Assembly: GCA_040387495.1 (NCBI GenBank)
Contig: JAZKDQ010000008.1
Location: 1 to 64,000 of the forward strand
Source: Pseudomonadota bacterium
GTDB taxonomy: Bacteria; Pseudomonadota; Alphaproteobacteria; Paracaedibacterales; CAIOTO01
DNA: 64,000 nucleotides
Direction of reading: 5' to 3'
The translations under genes were made by a program, and so were the position numbers. Positions 21,401 to 31,855 of this stretch are shown here, piece after piece (position 1 is the stretch's first letter; each line of letters opens with the position of its first letter). A model generated the notes under the pieces. It saw only the letters and a list, made by a program, of their open reading frames with translations. It made no database searches and had not been told where the DNA came from.

Positions 21401-22054
21401 GAGTACTTTGATAAATCATTGGGTGAAATCTTTATCGACATGCATAAAGAAGGTGCATCGTTTAGATCGTTGATGCATAACTTTGCCATGGCTATCTCTA
21501 TTGGCTTGCAATACGGTGTGCCCCTTGAAGAATTTGTAGAGGCCTTTACATTCACGCGCTTTGAACCATCAGGTATGGTTGAAGGGAATGATACTGTTAA
21601 AATGGCTACATCCATTTTGGATTACATCTTCCGTGAATTGGCCATAACATATCTTGGACGTCATGATTTGGCGCATGTAAAGCCAACGATGTCAAATGAT
21701 ACCATTGGTGAAACAAGTGATTATTCAGTTTTAGACGAGCATGAAGCCACACAGGTTAACACCATAGCTGTAGCATCAATAAAAGCAACTGATGCTGTTT
21801 CATTAAAAGCGGTAACGGCAATCGATGAAGATGAAGAACAGATACGTGCGACAGGTACTGATTCATTTGCGCTGCAAGCTGGCGGAGCATCTCCAAAGAA
21901 GCAACGTTTTTCAGTTGTTGCAGATAAATCAGCTGAGGCGCGTCTGCAAGGATATCAAGGCGATGCGTGCGGAGAGTGTGGAAATTTTACAATGGTTCGC
22001 AATGGTACATGCTTGAAGTGCAATACATGTGGGGCTACGAACGGCTGTAGTTAA
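18455..22054 (+). CDS. nrdJ: vitamin B12-dependent (class II) ribonucleotide reductase
   Basis: [45 protein letters not shown]-terminal TSCPD-like domain and CGEC...CNTC; start placed at MKIQRR. Confidence 0.95.
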   Translation: MKIQRRCTTAGQSPYASIAFRPATSEIKNPDGSIVFKLEGITVPEAWSQVACDVLAQKYFRKAGVPVEVVAVEEKGVPSWLWRREAKNGTSFASEMSSQQVFDRLAGTWTYWGWKNRYFDTEEDALAFYDELRFMLASQMCAPNSPQWFNTGLYWAYGVNGPAQGHYYVDGETGVLAASTSSYERPQPHACFIQGISDDLVNEGGIMDLWVREARLFKYGSGTGTNFSNVRGSGESLSGGGKSSGLMSFLRIGDRSAGAIKSGGTTRRAAKMVVLDIDHPDVEEFINWKVVEEQKVAALVSGSKINNKYLNEVLDACINSDLPKDKKTDPKQNPTLKTAILAARNAMVQENLIRRTIHLAELGYTHLDIPVYTTDWDSEAYGTVSGQNSNNTVRLSNEFIETALNDGDWDLKGRKTGQTIRTLKARELMDKIGYAAWVCADPGVHFSSTINEWHTCPKSGPINASNPCSEYMFLDNTACNLASINLVTFYKDGKFDTSLYEHTATLWTIVLEIAVLMAQFPSKEIAQLSYEYRTLGLGYANIGGLLMAMGVPYDSIEGRAVAGALAAILTGKAYATSALMAKELGAFVGYAKNKEDMLRVIRNHRRAAYGESKGYEGLSINPVPLLEKECSIKELIQSAQNVWDEALKLGEKHGYRNAQTTVIAPTGTIGLVMDCDTTGIEPDFALVKFKKLAGGGYFKIINQMVPTALKKLGYDAAQIEAIIRYAVGHGTLEGSPAISFEQLKTKGFTDDILSKFATSLSSAFDIKFAFNKWTLGEDFCKRVLGISDDQLNDVSFDVLTFLGFTKADIDAANNYCCGTMTLEGAPLLKDEHLPVFDCASPCGRIGKRFLSSQSHITMMSAVQPFISGAISKTINMPNNATVEECKEAYLMSWRLCLKANALYRDGSKLSQPMNAVAFDENEAEELSAMPNAEKATVAAEKIIEKIVEKVIYQSNRRKLPSRRGGYTQKAVVGGHKIYLRTGEYFDKSLGEIFIDMHKEGASFRSLMHNFAMAISIGLQYGVPLEEFVEAFTFTRFEPSGMVEGNDTVKMATSILDYIFRELAITYLGRHDLAHVKPTMSNDTIGETSDYSVLDEHEATQVNTIAVASIKATDAVSLKAVTAIDEDEEQIRATGTDSFALQAGGASPKKQRFSVVADKSAEARLQGYQGDACGECGNFTMVRNGTCLKCNTCGATNGCS

Positions 22055-22077
22055 TAACAGCTTTGAATTGGTAAAAT

Positions 22078-22113
22078 AGAGGCATGTTTGATTTTTCGAA
22101 CATGTCTTTTTTT
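22078..22113 (+). terminator. intrinsic terminator after nrdJ
   Basis: GGCATGTTTGA-TTTT-TCGAACATGTC plus T run. Confidence 0.75.
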
Positions 22114-22223
22114 ACAGAATAAATGTAAAATTTATTAAATTGTGAAAATTAAAAAATTTCCACTTGATATTATACACGTTAAATACTATATGTGTTTATA
22201 TAATATTTAAACATGAGAATACA

Positions 22224-23141
22224 ATGTATAGTCAAATATCATACAGTGGAAATCCACATAAACTTTTTCGTCTGCACATTAAAACGTTTTTATTGTCTAT
22301 CATTACACTCGGTTTTTACCGCTTTTGGGGAAAAACAAACATACGAAATTACGTCGTTGGCTCATTTTCAATTAATGAACACCCATTTGTTTATACGGGA
22401 ACAGCTAAAGAATTATTACATAGCTTTTTCAAAATTATTATTTTTTATATTCTTTTCTCAATATGTTATGGTTTGCTTGATTTCTTTCACTGCAAAATTG
22501 TATTTGATATTCTTGTTGCGGTGCTTATTTTCCCGTTAGTTTTTTTTGCATTTTTATCATCTCTTCGTTACCGTTTGTCTCGAACACAATTTAGAGGCGT
22601 ATCATTTCATCTAACAGCACCAATAAAACAGCTTATGACAATTATACTTAAAACATTTGCTCTGAATGTGGTTACACTTGGATATTTATCCTACAAAACG
22701 ATGCCACACCGTTGCAAAGCAATTATTGAGGGTATTTCCTATGGGATGACCTCATTCCAATCCGAACCAAATGCTAAAAATCTTTATAGAATTCATTTGA
22801 TAACATGGATACTTGCGTTTTTTACGTTTGGTTTTTCTCGTATTTGGTTTTATGTTTATTTAAATGCAGAAATGGTTCGAACTATGAAACATGAAAATCT
22901 TACGTTTGAAATATCTATCACTGGCTGGGATGTGTTTAAGCTGCAGATTGTTAATATTTTTATTACTTTGTTAACCTTGGGTCTTGGAATTGCCTATGCA
23001 CATCATCGTACGTACTGTTTTTATGCTAAACGAATACAGGTAATTGGTGATATGGAAGAGTTGCGCCCTAGAGAAATCACAGACTTCTCAGAATCAGCTG
23101 GTGAAGGAATGCTGGATATTTTGGGAGAAACTTCGTTCTAA
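22224..23141 (+). CDS. YjgN/DUF898 family membrane protein
   Basis: LSIITLGFYRFW, F.YTGT..EL, T.FRGV.F, repeated TLG motifs. Confidence 0.8.
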   Translation: MYSQISYSGNPHKLFRLHIKTFLLSIITLGFYRFWGKTNIRNYVVGSFSINEHPFVYTGTAKELLHSFFKIIIFYILFSICYGLLDFFHCKIVFDILVAVLIFPLVFFAFLSSLRYRLSRTQFRGVSFHLTAPIKQLMTIILKTFALNVVTLGYLSYKTMPHRCKAIIEGISYGMTSFQSEPNAKNLYRIHLITWILAFFTFGFSRIWFYVYLNAEMVRTMKHENLTFEISITGWDVFKLQIVNIFITLLTLGLGIAYAHHRTYCFYAKRIQVIGDMEELRPREITDFSESAGEGMLDILGETSF

Positions 23142-23192
23142 GAATAGTTTTTTCTTCTTTTTACTTAATGCTTTTTTAAGGGAACTATCCTG

Positions 23193-24728
23193 TTGATTAC
23201 ATTTTTTTTGAATAATTTGAAGCGTGTTGATTGTGGCACCTGTGAGTCTACAGCCATTTTAAGTAATGACGGTGCTTGTGGACCTGCAACAGGATTGCGG
23301 GTCACGATTTATGCTGACAGTAACGGTTTTGATATAGAGTTGCTTAATCGGGCAGAGCAAAATAATATGGAAATGAGTGCCTTGAGAAATCCTGTGCGCC
23401 TTTCTTTTAAAAACATTCAGATGGTGCCCTATGGGAATAAAGGCGCCTTCTTAATTACGTTTACTAAAGCGTACCAACATAGGGCTAGCAAAGAGTTTGA
23501 TCAGGAAGATTCTCGACAGACTTCAGTTTTAAATACCTCTAAGCAATCACACCGAGCAATGGATAATAAACTTAATGCAGAGATGCCCTTAAGTACAGAA
23601 CCATTGCTTAACCTGGGTATTATTTTAAATGATGCTGCTATGATCCTATTTTTCAAAAGCCGTTTGGATGCTTTGCTTGGATATCATATTATGAGTTTTG
23701 TGCGGCAACATCAAAAACTACTGATGTTTTTTTCTCTTCTTGTTGCCTTTCTCATAACTTTGTATTTTAATATTACGATGATTTTGAATGTTTTTGTTTC
23801 TGATACTATGGCAAAAGAAATGGGAGAGAGAGTTGCTGCACATCCTATGATTCAAGCACAGACATGTCTGGATGCGACAAATTCACCCCAGATCGCTCTT
23901 CTTGAAGATGCTTTTTCTAAAACATCACATAAACTAAAGCCGACAATACGTGTTATGCCTAATGATGACATCAATGCATTTGCACTGCCGGGTGGAATTA
24001 TCTATCTGCATAGCGAACTTATTAAACAAGCAGCAAATGCAGACGAGCTTGTTGGCGTCTTGGCGCATGAATATGGTCACTGTGTACATAAGCATTCTCT
24101 TGCCGCGGTGTTCAAATTTACGGTAATAAATAGCCTTTCTAAACTCTTTTTTGGCACAAATAGTGCTGTTGATGTGGTAAGTATGATCGGCATGCTGAAT
24201 CACTCACGCACTATGGAGCGTGCGGCTGACGCAACAGCACTTAACGTATTAAAAGAATTGAATGTATCAGCACAGGGGCTTAAGACATTTTTTTATCGTA
24301 TTGAGGCCTTAACAAAAAACAAAAAAGAAGCTAAGAATGAAAGCCATGTATCAGATGAAAAAAGGACCTGTAATAATGATGGCAGCATGTATGATGCAAA
24401 AAAAAGTGAGCAAGTTAAGGACAGAGATGAAAAGAAAGAACGCTTCAAAATTCAATTGCCTGGATTTTTATCAACACACCCTCACATAGAGGATCGTATT
24501 AAGAATATTCCAGATCACATGGATTCAGGGACAAATTCCCTTTTGTCAAATAAAGCCTTTAAGGAATTAAAAAAGCAAGCTGGAACCTGTGTTGTTCCAG
24601 ATGAATCATTTTTTCAGAAAATGAAGAATGGCTTTAAATCGAAAAAAGAACATCCAGAAAAGGAGACAAAGAAACCAGTAGAAAAACAAGTGAAGACAAA
24701 AATAAAGAAGCAGGATGGATGGGTGTAA
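23193..24728 (+). CDS. M48 family zinc metallopeptidase
   Basis: NAFALPGG, GVLAHEYGH, SR.ME..AD, FLSTHP..EDRI; start uncertain (TTG). Confidence 0.8.
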   Translation: MITFFLNNLKRVDCGTCESTAILSNDGACGPATGLRVTIYADSNGFDIELLNRAEQNNMEMSALRNPVRLSFKNIQMVPYGNKGAFLITFTKAYQHRASKEFDQEDSRQTSVLNTSKQSHRAMDNKLNAEMPLSTEPLLNLGIILNDAAMILFFKSRLDALLGYHIMSFVRQHQKLLMFFSLLVAFLITLYFNITMILNVFVSDTMAKEMGERVAAHPMIQAQTCLDATNSPQIALLEDAFSKTSHKLKPTIRVMPNDDINAFALPGGIIYLHSELIKQAANADELVGVLAHEYGHCVHKHSLAAVFKFTVINSLSKLFFGTNSAVDVVSMIGMLNHSRTMERAADATALNVLKELNVSAQGLKTFFYRIEALTKNKKEAKNESHVSDEKRTCNNDGSMYDAKKSEQVKDRDEKKERFKIQLPGFLSTHPHIEDRIKNIPDHMDSGTNSLLSNKAFKELKKQAGTCVVPDESFFQKMKNGFKSKKEHPEKETKKPVEKQVKTKIKKQDGWV

Positions 24729-24792
24729 ACACTCATATGATTCACGTCAATTACAGGTGCGATGGGTATATCATATTTTTAGTAGATTATTT

Positions 24793-25560
24793 TTATACCG
24801 CTTTAATTGCTCGTGCTAAAACCAGAATATCAACACGTACTGCACCAGCTTCTTTAAGTACACGGGCGCATTCATTTAATGTAGCACCTGTCGTCATAAC
24901 ATCATCCAATAACAGTAAGCACTTGCCTCTAATCAAAGATGCATCAGCCACAAGTGCGTTCTCCATATTCTTAACACGATCTGGTGCTGATCGGTGACCT
25001 TGAGATGGCGTGTGGCGAATACGTTTCAATGCGCCTTTTAAGATAGGAACGGGAGTTAAGTTTGATCCACTTTTTTGCTTTAAACAAATAATATACGCTA
25101 ACAAGGCGGCTTGATTATAACCACGCTTAAATAGACGCCAGAAATGCAGAGGAACGGGGATAACTCCATCATACTGTTCTGTATGGTTATTCATTGCTGC
25201 TTGCATCCAAGGCCCAAATAATTGTGCATAACCTGTTTGCCCAGAATGTTTGAATCGCGTAATAAGTTGTTTGGCTGCATCGTTATAGACAAGTGCTGCG
25301 CGCGCTGAATCAAATTCAAATATTTTCCCGTGACATGAACGGCAACCATCACCATCAAACGATAAAGGTGCTGCACATATCTTACATGATGGTTGTGTAA
25401 TAAATGAGAGTTGTTGCCAACAAGCGCTGCATAGTGAAGGCTGTGCCAAGTTTTCTGTAGTGGATAGTACTTGTGTAAATACACCGCACATCAAACATCG
25501 TGTAGGCAAAAAAAAGTTAAGAATAGGACGAAAAAGATTTTTAAGCTGCACAATGCTCAT
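24793..25560 (-). CDS. ComF family protein (double zinc ribbon + phosphoribosyltransferase)
   Basis: CxxC pairs, PVPLH...RGYNQA, LLDDVMTTGAT. Confidence 0.88.
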   Translation of the reverse strand: MSIVQLKNLFRPILNFFLPTRCLMCGVFTQVLSTTENLAQPSLCSACWQQLSFITQPSCKICAAPLSFDGDGCRSCHGKIFEFDSARAALVYNDAAKQLITRFKHSGQTGYAQLFGPWMQAAMNNHTEQYDGVIPVPLHFWRLFKRGYNQAALLAYIICLKQKSGSNLTPVPILKGALKRIRHTPSQGHRSAPDRVKNMENALVADASLIRGKCLLLLDDVMTTGATLNECARVLKEAGAVRVDILVLARAIKAV

Positions 25561-26020
25561 TCTCATAACCAAGAAGTTGCTCTTTTAATTCTAACCCACA
25601 TGAAAAGCCGCCAATACTACCATCCTTAGCAAGCACGCGATGGCATGGAATAAAACCAATGATTGGATTGCGGCCAATGGCTGTTCCAACAGCGCGTACG
25701 GCAAGTGGGTTATGGATGGCAGATGCAACACCACTGTAGTGTGAGGTAGAGTAATGCGGTATTTGGGTGAGCGCTTTCCAAACGCTTAATTGAAATGGAG
25801 TGCCGATTGGTTTTGCTTTTGAAGGAATATCATGAAAGGGAAGAGGGATGTAAGGATCAATATCATGCGGATGAGGCCTGTATGGCTTTAAACTAAGCAT
25901 ATATCCTTTTGTATTAATTTCAGAAATCCATAATCCAAAGGGTGTATTGAAAACACGAATTTCATAACATGAAGACGGTTGATTTGACCAATCAAAATCC
26001 ATTTCACGAGCAAAAATCAT
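25541..26020 (-). CDS. ogt: methylated-DNA--protein-cysteine S-methyltransferase
   Basis: GTPFQ..VW, RAVGTA.GRNP, PCHRV active site. Confidence 0.88.
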   Translation of the reverse strand: MIFAREMDFDWSNQPSSCYEIRVFNTPFGLWISEINTKGYMLSLKPYRPHPHDIDPYIPLPFHDIPSKAKPIGTPFQLSVWKALTQIPHYSTSHYSGVASAIHNPLAVRAVGTAIGRNPIIGFIPCHRVLAKDGSIGGFSCGLELKEQLLGYENEHCAA

Positions 26021-26048
26021 TGCCTTCTCTCCTTAAGAACGCTATATT
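26020..26048 (+). promoter_or_regulatory. putative sigma70 promoter of tRNA-Pro
   Basis: TTGCCT-N17-TATATT about 10 nt before the tRNA. Confidence 0.5.
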
Positions 26049-26058
26049 ATCACATGTT

Positions 26059-26135
26059 CGGAACGTAGCGCAGCCTGGTAGCGCACTATTCTGGGGGGAT
26101 AGGGGTCGTGGGTTCAAATCCCGCCGTTCCGACCA
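26059..26135 (+). tRNA. tRNA-Pro(GGG)
   Basis: CGGAACG acceptor stem, anticodon arm CTATT-CTGGGGG-GATAG, TTCAA T-loop, encoded CCA. Confidence 0.95.
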
Positions 26136-26150
26136 TTTACCTTCCCCACT

Positions 26151-27008
26151 TTAAACCTCTAAATTCTCGACGATTTCATTTTCTTTTAGCTTCCATGCTT
26201 GTTCACGTTTCTTAAAATTAAGAGCGCTGACAGGAATTAGGCAAAGATAGACTATGCCGATAAGTGTTAACATATGCCATGGATAGCTATATAGCAAACC
26301 AACAATCACAAAAAGAACAAGTAGAAATGGTAAAACAAGGGATGGAGGTACAACGACTTTTTTAAGTGTAAACGTTGGGATACGGCTAACCATGAGCCCA
26401 CTTGCAACCAACATAAAAAATGCATAACACGCAATATTTTGCGAAAAAGTAAAGTCTGAAAAAGCATGCTGTAATATTATTGGATAGAGTGCAATAAAAC
26501 CACCTGCCGGCGCAGGCACACCCGTGGAAAAGCCTTCTTGCCAAGCTGGTAGATCAATATCATCAATACTCATTACATTAAACCGCGCAAGTCTAAGGGC
26601 CATGCAGACAGTAAAAAAGAGTGCAATCGCCCAGCCGGTTTCTCCCCAATTACTTAAACCACGTAGATACATAATTAAAGCAGGTGCAATACCAAAGCTT
26701 AAAAAATCTGAAAAGGAATCAAGCTCTGCGCCAAAACGACTGGCACTATTAAGTAAACGTGCTAACCGTCCATCAAGTGCATCTAAAATTGCTGCAAGCA
26801 AAACAGACACAATAGCGAGTTCCCATTTTTCTAAAAGGGCGAAGCGAATTGCAGTCATACCGCAACACAACGCCATGAGTGTCGTGATATTTGGGATCAT
26901 TGCTGTTAACGATTGAGCTTTAAGTTTGCGACGTTCACGAAATCGCTCAGGCAAACGTGAGCGGAATGTCTTTCGATGAAAATGATCAGCAGAACGACGC
27001 AACTTCAT
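26151..27008 (-). CDS. pssA: CDP-diacylglycerol--serine O-phosphatidyltransferase
   Basis: PN..T, DALDGRLAR...S.FGAELDS.SD, RLARFN, GVPAPAG. Confidence 0.92.
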   Translation of the reverse strand: MKLRRSADHFHRKTFRSRLPERFRERRKLKAQSLTAMIPNITTLMALCCGMTAIRFALLEKWELAIVSVLLAAILDALDGRLARLLNSASRFGAELDSFSDFLSFGIAPALIMYLRGLSNWGETGWAIALFFTVCMALRLARFNVMSIDDIDLPAWQEGFSTGVPAPAGGFIALYPIILQHAFSDFTFSQNIACYAFFMLVASGLMVSRIPTFTLKKVVVPPSLVLPFLLVLFVIVGLLYSYPWHMLTLIGIVYLCLIPVSALNFKKREQAWKLKENEIVENLEV

Positions 27009-27694
27009 TAGAGGGTCTCCACTATGTGGCCTTGTCGTGGTAATTCATCGCTTTTGAAATCAGCTAAAATAGTTTCACCAGCAATCATACGTTGCCCAAC
27101 GCATACAAGAGGATTAATAGTTTTTGGAATGAATATATCCATACGGCTACCAAAACGTATTAAACCATATTGGCTGCCAGCTATTACTGTATCGCCAGGG
27201 TTCACATCACAGCGAATACGTCTTGCAATTAAACCGGCTATTTGAACAAAAGCAATGTTGCCGAAACTTGTTTCCAAAACAATAGAGTTACGTTCATTAT
27301 GCTCGCTCGCTTTATCAAGAGAAGCGTTAAAGAAACGTCCTGGGTGGTAAATTACTTTCTTAACAGTTCCATCCATAGGAATGCGATTGATATGCACATC
27401 AAAGACATTCAAAAAGATACTTATACGTGTATAAGGTTCTGAACCGAGTTCAAATTCTGCAGGTGGAATTACGTCTTTGACTATGACAACTTTTCCATCT
27501 GCAGGGCTTATAATCAGGCCTTCGCGAAGTGGAGTAAGACGTTTTGGATTTCTAAAAAAATAAAAACACCAAGCCGTAAGAATTGCACCGATCCAGCCGC
27601 CAAACTGCGAGAAGAAACCAATGCAAATGCTTATAACAGCAAAAATTCCAACGAAGCGCCAACCTTCTGGGTGGACAAGCTTTGTAATGTTCAT
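27008..27694 (-). CDS. psd: phosphatidylserine decarboxylase proenzyme
   Basis: FFRNP, SPADGKV, IFLNVFDVH.NR, QIAGLIARRI, IRFGSR cleavage motif. Confidence 0.93.
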   Translation of the reverse strand: MNITKLVHPEGWRFVGIFAVISICIGFFSQFGGWIGAILTAWCFYFFRNPKRLTPLREGLIISPADGKVVIVKDVIPPAEFELGSEPYTRISIFLNVFDVHINRIPMDGTVKKVIYHPGRFFNASLDKASEHNERNSIVLETSFGNIAFVQIAGLIARRIRCDVNPGDTVIAGSQYGLIRFGSRMDIFIPKTINPLVCVGQRMIAGETILADFKSDELPRQGHIVETL

Positions 27695-27834
27695 AAACTA
27701 TACCTTTTATCTGATAATCAGCTGCGTGTGATGTGTATCATAGCGAAAATTATCGTGTAGAGGAAGAGAGAAGCATCGGTGTCGAGTAAAAATAGATCAA
27801 ATGCATACAAAATATCTCGCTTTCTTTCTTATCA

Positions 27835-28755
27835 TTAATTAGTTCTGGTGCGATTTATTTCACAAGACGCTGCTATTTTAAGCGTATCAAACCGCTTTTT
27901 CTGCTCATCATTAAGTATTTCTTTTGAAAGCACCTTAAGCTGTGAACAAGCATCTTCTTTATTGTTTTTAGCCATAAGTGTTTCCCCATAGCCAAGACGT
28001 GCGCGAATGGCATTTTGTCTATCCAATGGTTTAGTAATAGCCATTTTATAACATTTTTGTGCTTCATCGATGTTGCCAAGCTTTAAGTGCGCATCACCAC
28101 CGTGAACGAAGGATTTATTAGCATATGTTTCATCAGGGTATGTTGTTGTAATCAGCTCAAATGCTTCCGCTGCATTCTTAAGATCCTCTTTGCTTCTGCT
28201 TTTAACCCCAGCGTTAAACAAAGCCATTGCTTGGTTGAATTGTGCAAGGGCAGGGCTCTTTGTATCAAGTGTCGGCGCTGGCCCTGCTTCTACTTGCTCG
28301 GTAGCTATATTGGCTGCAGCATGCTTTACTGACGCAGCAGCTGCCGTTGTAACTGAAACCGTTCCTACAGCTTGGGTTGTCGTTGTGTCCCCGGGCAATA
28401 AACCCGCAGAAGTCATTGTGGACGCTCCCTTATTTGCTGTGAGTGTTGCAACTATTTTTTCAAGTTCGTCAATGCGACGTTCATGCTCTTTTAAGCGTTG
28501 AACCATCGCTTCTTCATGGGTTTGTTCTACATTGCCTGCTGTATCACCTTTTGTATCCGCTGAAGCGTTTTCTTGCACCAATTTGTTGTATTCAGATACA
28601 AGGTCTTGGAGCTTTTTTGCATTATGGCTGTGTTGTTGCTCTTCTTTACGAATTTGTTCATCAATCGCTTTGATTTTTGCTTCGAGGGAGATATCAGCGA
28701 AAATAGGAGTACTTATCAACGTCGCTACACTTACGTAGAGTAAAATTTTTTTCAT
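27835..28755 (-). CDS. exported coiled-coil + TPR protein (CpoB/YbgF-like)
   Basis: signal peptide MKKILLYVSVATLISTPIFA, coiled coil, C-terminal TPRs ending ...KEDAC...ASC. Confidence 0.6.
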   Translation of the reverse strand: MKKILLYVSVATLISTPIFADISLEAKIKAIDEQIRKEEQQHSHNAKKLQDLVSEYNKLVQENASADTKGDTAGNVEQTHEEAMVQRLKEHERRIDELEKIVATLTANKGASTMTSAGLLPGDTTTTQAVGTVSVTTAAAASVKHAAANIATEQVEAGPAPTLDTKSPALAQFNQAMALFNAGVKSRSKEDLKNAAEAFELITTTYPDETYANKSFVHGGDAHLKLGNIDEAQKCYKMAITKPLDRQNAIRARLGYGETLMAKNNKEDACSQLKVLSKEILNDEQKKRFDTLKIAASCEINRTRTN

Positions 28756-28861
28756 TTTTTTATCCATATAAAATTCTTTTAGATACATCAAAATAGCATA
28801 TTTGGCAAAATATAAAAGTATTTCTCGATGCATGTCAGTATTTTTTTTCAACCTTAACCCC

Positions 28862-28890
28862 TTGCATCCTTATTTTAAAAAAAGTATAAA
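28862..28890 (+). promoter_or_regulatory. putative sigma70 promoter of tRNA-Ala
   Basis: TTGCAT-N17-TATAAA. Confidence 0.5.
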
Positions 28891-28904
28891 TAATAAGGGT
28901 GTTT

Positions 28905-28980
<76 letters not shown>

Positions 28981-29016
28981 GATTCTCCAATTTTTTTTGT
29001 TTTTTAAGGGCCTTGT

Positions 29017-30861
29017 ATGCGCGAAAATAGTCCTTACGATGCGGCACGTGGTGCAGAACGGCCTGGCAGCAGTCATTCAGCAGGCGTTAATTTTAAAAAA
29101 ATAGCCATGTTTTTTGGCTACGCTCGCCCATATAAAGTACGCATGCTATTAGCTATTTTATCTGTGCTTGGTGCCGGAGGAATCGTATTAGGATTCGGTC
29201 GCCTGGTTAAAACAATTGTTGACCAGGGATTTCTTTTTGAACAAAATTCACATTTGCTTGCGACGTTGATTGGGATATTTGTTGGCGTCATTTTGCTTTC
29301 TTTGTTTAGTTTTGGGCGCTGCTATTTTGTCTCATGGCTAAGTGAAAGAATGATTGCAACCGCGCGACAAGATGCCTTTAATCATTTGCTTTCACTTGAT
29401 ATCAGTTATTATGAGCAGGTACGTCAAGGTGAACTTGTATCACGATTAACGACAGATACAAGTCTTTTACAAATTGTTTTAGGAACATCTTTGCCTATAG
29501 CATTACGGAATTTTATATTGCTGGTAGGTGGCCTCATTTTGATGATTGTTACCTCACCAAAACTTGCTATTTATTCACTTATTTTGGTGCCAGTTATTAT
29601 CTTTCCTGCCATGTTATTTGGGCAAAAAGTACGTTCTTTGTCTAAACTTGCACAAGAACGTTTGGGTGACCTTAGCGGTTTTTTAGATGAAACACTCTCT
29701 AACATAAGTATATGTCAAGCTTTTACACACGAAGCCATTGATAAAGAAACTTTTCATGGATACACAACAAACGCATTCAAGGCAGCTGCAAAACGTGGTT
29801 TACAGAGATCTTTACTAACCAGTTTTGTAATGGCTGTTGCATTTGGCGCGATTGGCGTGCTGCTGTGGATTGGTGTGCATGATGTTAAGATGGGTACGTT
29901 AACAGCCGGTACACTTTCGGCATTTTTATTTTATGCCATTCTTGTGGCTGGAACAGCAGGTTCCTATAGCGAAGTGTTTGCGGATTTGAAGCGTGCATCA
30001 GGTGCGGCTGATCGGCTCATGGAAATTTTTTGTATAAAATCGTCATTAACACAAAAGCGCCCTAAAAAAATGCAACACCTTCCTTCTCATGGCACGATTG
30101 CAATGCATAATGTGGATTTTGCCTACCCTACAAATCGAGAACGTCCAGCCTTAAGCCGCATTACGTTGTCCGTTAATCCAGGTGAACGTGTTGCTATTGT
30201 GGGGCCGTCGGGTGCCGGAAAAACAACTATTTTCTCATTGTTAATGCGTTTTTATGAACCGCAAAGTGGATCTATTTTTATTGATGGTCATGATTATCGT
30301 GATTTATCATTGTTAGACTTAAGACATCGTGTGGGTATCGTGCCGCAAGAGCCCGCATTATTTAGCACAACGTTGTATGATAATATCATGTACGGACGTC
30401 CCGATGCGAATGTAAAGGACCTGTGGAAAGCTGTGCAAATAGCACAATTAGAAGAAGTAATTGAATCTCTACCCTATGGAATACATACCCATGTAGGAAC
30501 ACGTGGCGTGCAATTGTCAGGTGGTCAAAAACAACGTGTAGCGATAGCACGTGCAGTTCTCCGCAATCCGCGAATTTTGCTGCTTGATGAAGCGACAAGT
30601 GCCCTTGATGCTGAGAATGAACGTGCTGTGCAAGAAGGTTTGAAATATTTAACATCAACACGTACAACACTTGTTATAGCGCATCGTTTAGCAACAGTTT
30701 TGCATGCAGAGAAAATAGTTGTTCTTGATCGTGGATGTATTCAAGCAATTGGTACGCATGCAGAATTATGTGACCAAAATGCACTTTATCGTCGTTTAGC
30801 AACGCTGCAGTTCTCGGATAGTTTAAACTTACAACCTCAGAATCATAAAAATGTAGCTTAG
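29017..30861 (+). CDS. ABC transporter, fused permease/ATPase (MsbA-related)
   Basis: six-TM domain, SRLTTDT, GPSGAGKT, LSGGQKQR, LLLDEATSALD, IAHRL. Confidence 0.9.
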   Translation: MRENSPYDAARGAERPGSSHSAGVNFKKIAMFFGYARPYKVRMLLAILSVLGAGGIVLGFGRLVKTIVDQGFLFEQNSHLLATLIGIFVGVILLSLFSFGRCYFVSWLSERMIATARQDAFNHLLSLDISYYEQVRQGELVSRLTTDTSLLQIVLGTSLPIALRNFILLVGGLILMIVTSPKLAIYSLILVPVIIFPAMLFGQKVRSLSKLAQERLGDLSGFLDETLSNISICQAFTHEAIDKETFHGYTTNAFKAAAKRGLQRSLLTSFVMAVAFGAIGVLLWIGVHDVKMGTLTAGTLSAFLFYAILVAGTAGSYSEVFADLKRASGAADRLMEIFCIKSSLTQKRPKKMQHLPSHGTIAMHNVDFAYPTNRERPALSRITLSVNPGERVAIVGPSGAGKTTIFSLLMRFYEPQSGSIFIDGHDYRDLSLLDLRHRVGIVPQEPALFSTTLYDNIMYGRPDANVKDLWKAVQIAQLEEVIESLPYGIHTHVGTRGVQLSGGQKQRVAIARAVLRNPRILLLDEATSALDAENERAVQEGLKYLTSTRTTLVIAHRLATVLHAEKIVVLDRGCIQAIGTHAELCDQNALYRRLATLQFSDSLNLQPQNHKNVA

Positions 30862-30976
30862 ACCTATTGTGAGATACACGTGGTTGTCTCTAAAAGGACC
30901 GAAAACTTATTTGATTGATAATTTTGCATATTTTATGTAAAATTTAAATTAAATAACATATATTTATTGGTGAATC

Positions 30977-31696
30977 ATGTCACGTCTTGCACTTATCACT
31001 GGCGGAACACGCGGCATTGGTGCCGCCATTTCACAAGAGTTTCATAACAAAGGCTATCGTGTAGTAGTTGCTACCTATACAAAAAATAAGGAAGCAGCAC
31101 TTCAATTTCGAACAGAAACAGGTATTGCTACTATTTCATTTGATGTATCAGATGAAGAGGCTTGCCTTAATGGTATAAAGCACATAAATGATGAGCATGG
31201 TGTTATTGATATACTCGTTCACAATGCCGGTGTTACTGCGGATTCTACCTTGCAAAAAATGACGTCTGAAGACTGGCATCGTGTCGTTAATACGAATCTT
31301 AATTCCTGTTTTTATCTTACCAAGGCTGTCCTAGGAGGAATGATTGAACGAAATTTTGGCCGGCTGATTTACTTGTCATCCGTTAATGGCTTGAAAGGGC
31401 AACGTGGGCAAGCCAATTACGCCGCATCAAAAGCTGCACTTATTGGATTTTCAAAATCTGTAGCGCTTGAAATGGCAATGAAGGGGATTACAGCAAATGT
31501 TGTTGCACCAGGTTATGTTGATACTGAAATGGTAAGAGCAGTGCCCGAAGCTGTGCTTAATAAAATCATTTCAACAATTCCTGTCAGCAGACTTGGGACA
31601 GCAGAAGAAATTGCACATTGCGTATCATTTTTGGCGGATGAACGTTCAGGGTTTATCACAGGATCTACGCTCAACGTTAATGGGGGAATGTACTAA
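30977..31696 (+). CDS. phbB: acetoacetyl-CoA reductase (PHB synthesis) / FabG-like SDR
   Basis: MSRLALITGGTRGIGAAI, SSVNG.KGQ.GQANYAASK, EEIA..V.FL, TGSTL.VNGG. Confidence 0.8.
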   Translation: MSRLALITGGTRGIGAAISQEFHNKGYRVVVATYTKNKEAALQFRTETGIATISFDVSDEEACLNGIKHINDEHGVIDILVHNAGVTADSTLQKMTSEDWHRVVNTNLNSCFYLTKAVLGGMIERNFGRLIYLSSVNGLKGQRGQANYAASKAALIGFSKSVALEMAMKGITANVVAPGYVDTEMVRAVPEAVLNKIISTIPVSRLGTAEEIAHCVSFLADERSGFITGSTLNVNGGMY

Positions 31697-31855
31697 CTTC
31701 ATTAGAAAAAGGGTATAAAAGTCGCCAATTGATGATAAAATACCACGTTTTCGAATTTTACTAATAATCATCCATATGAAAATTAAATTAAGACTTGAAA
31801 TTTTGTCGTTATGCCCTTATTTAAGGTATATACCAAACACGACGAGAGCTTATCC

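Noticed and set aside
25969..26154. Short ORFs over tRNA genes (also 28802-29104 and 35483-35695)
   Set aside because: They are translations of tRNA sequences
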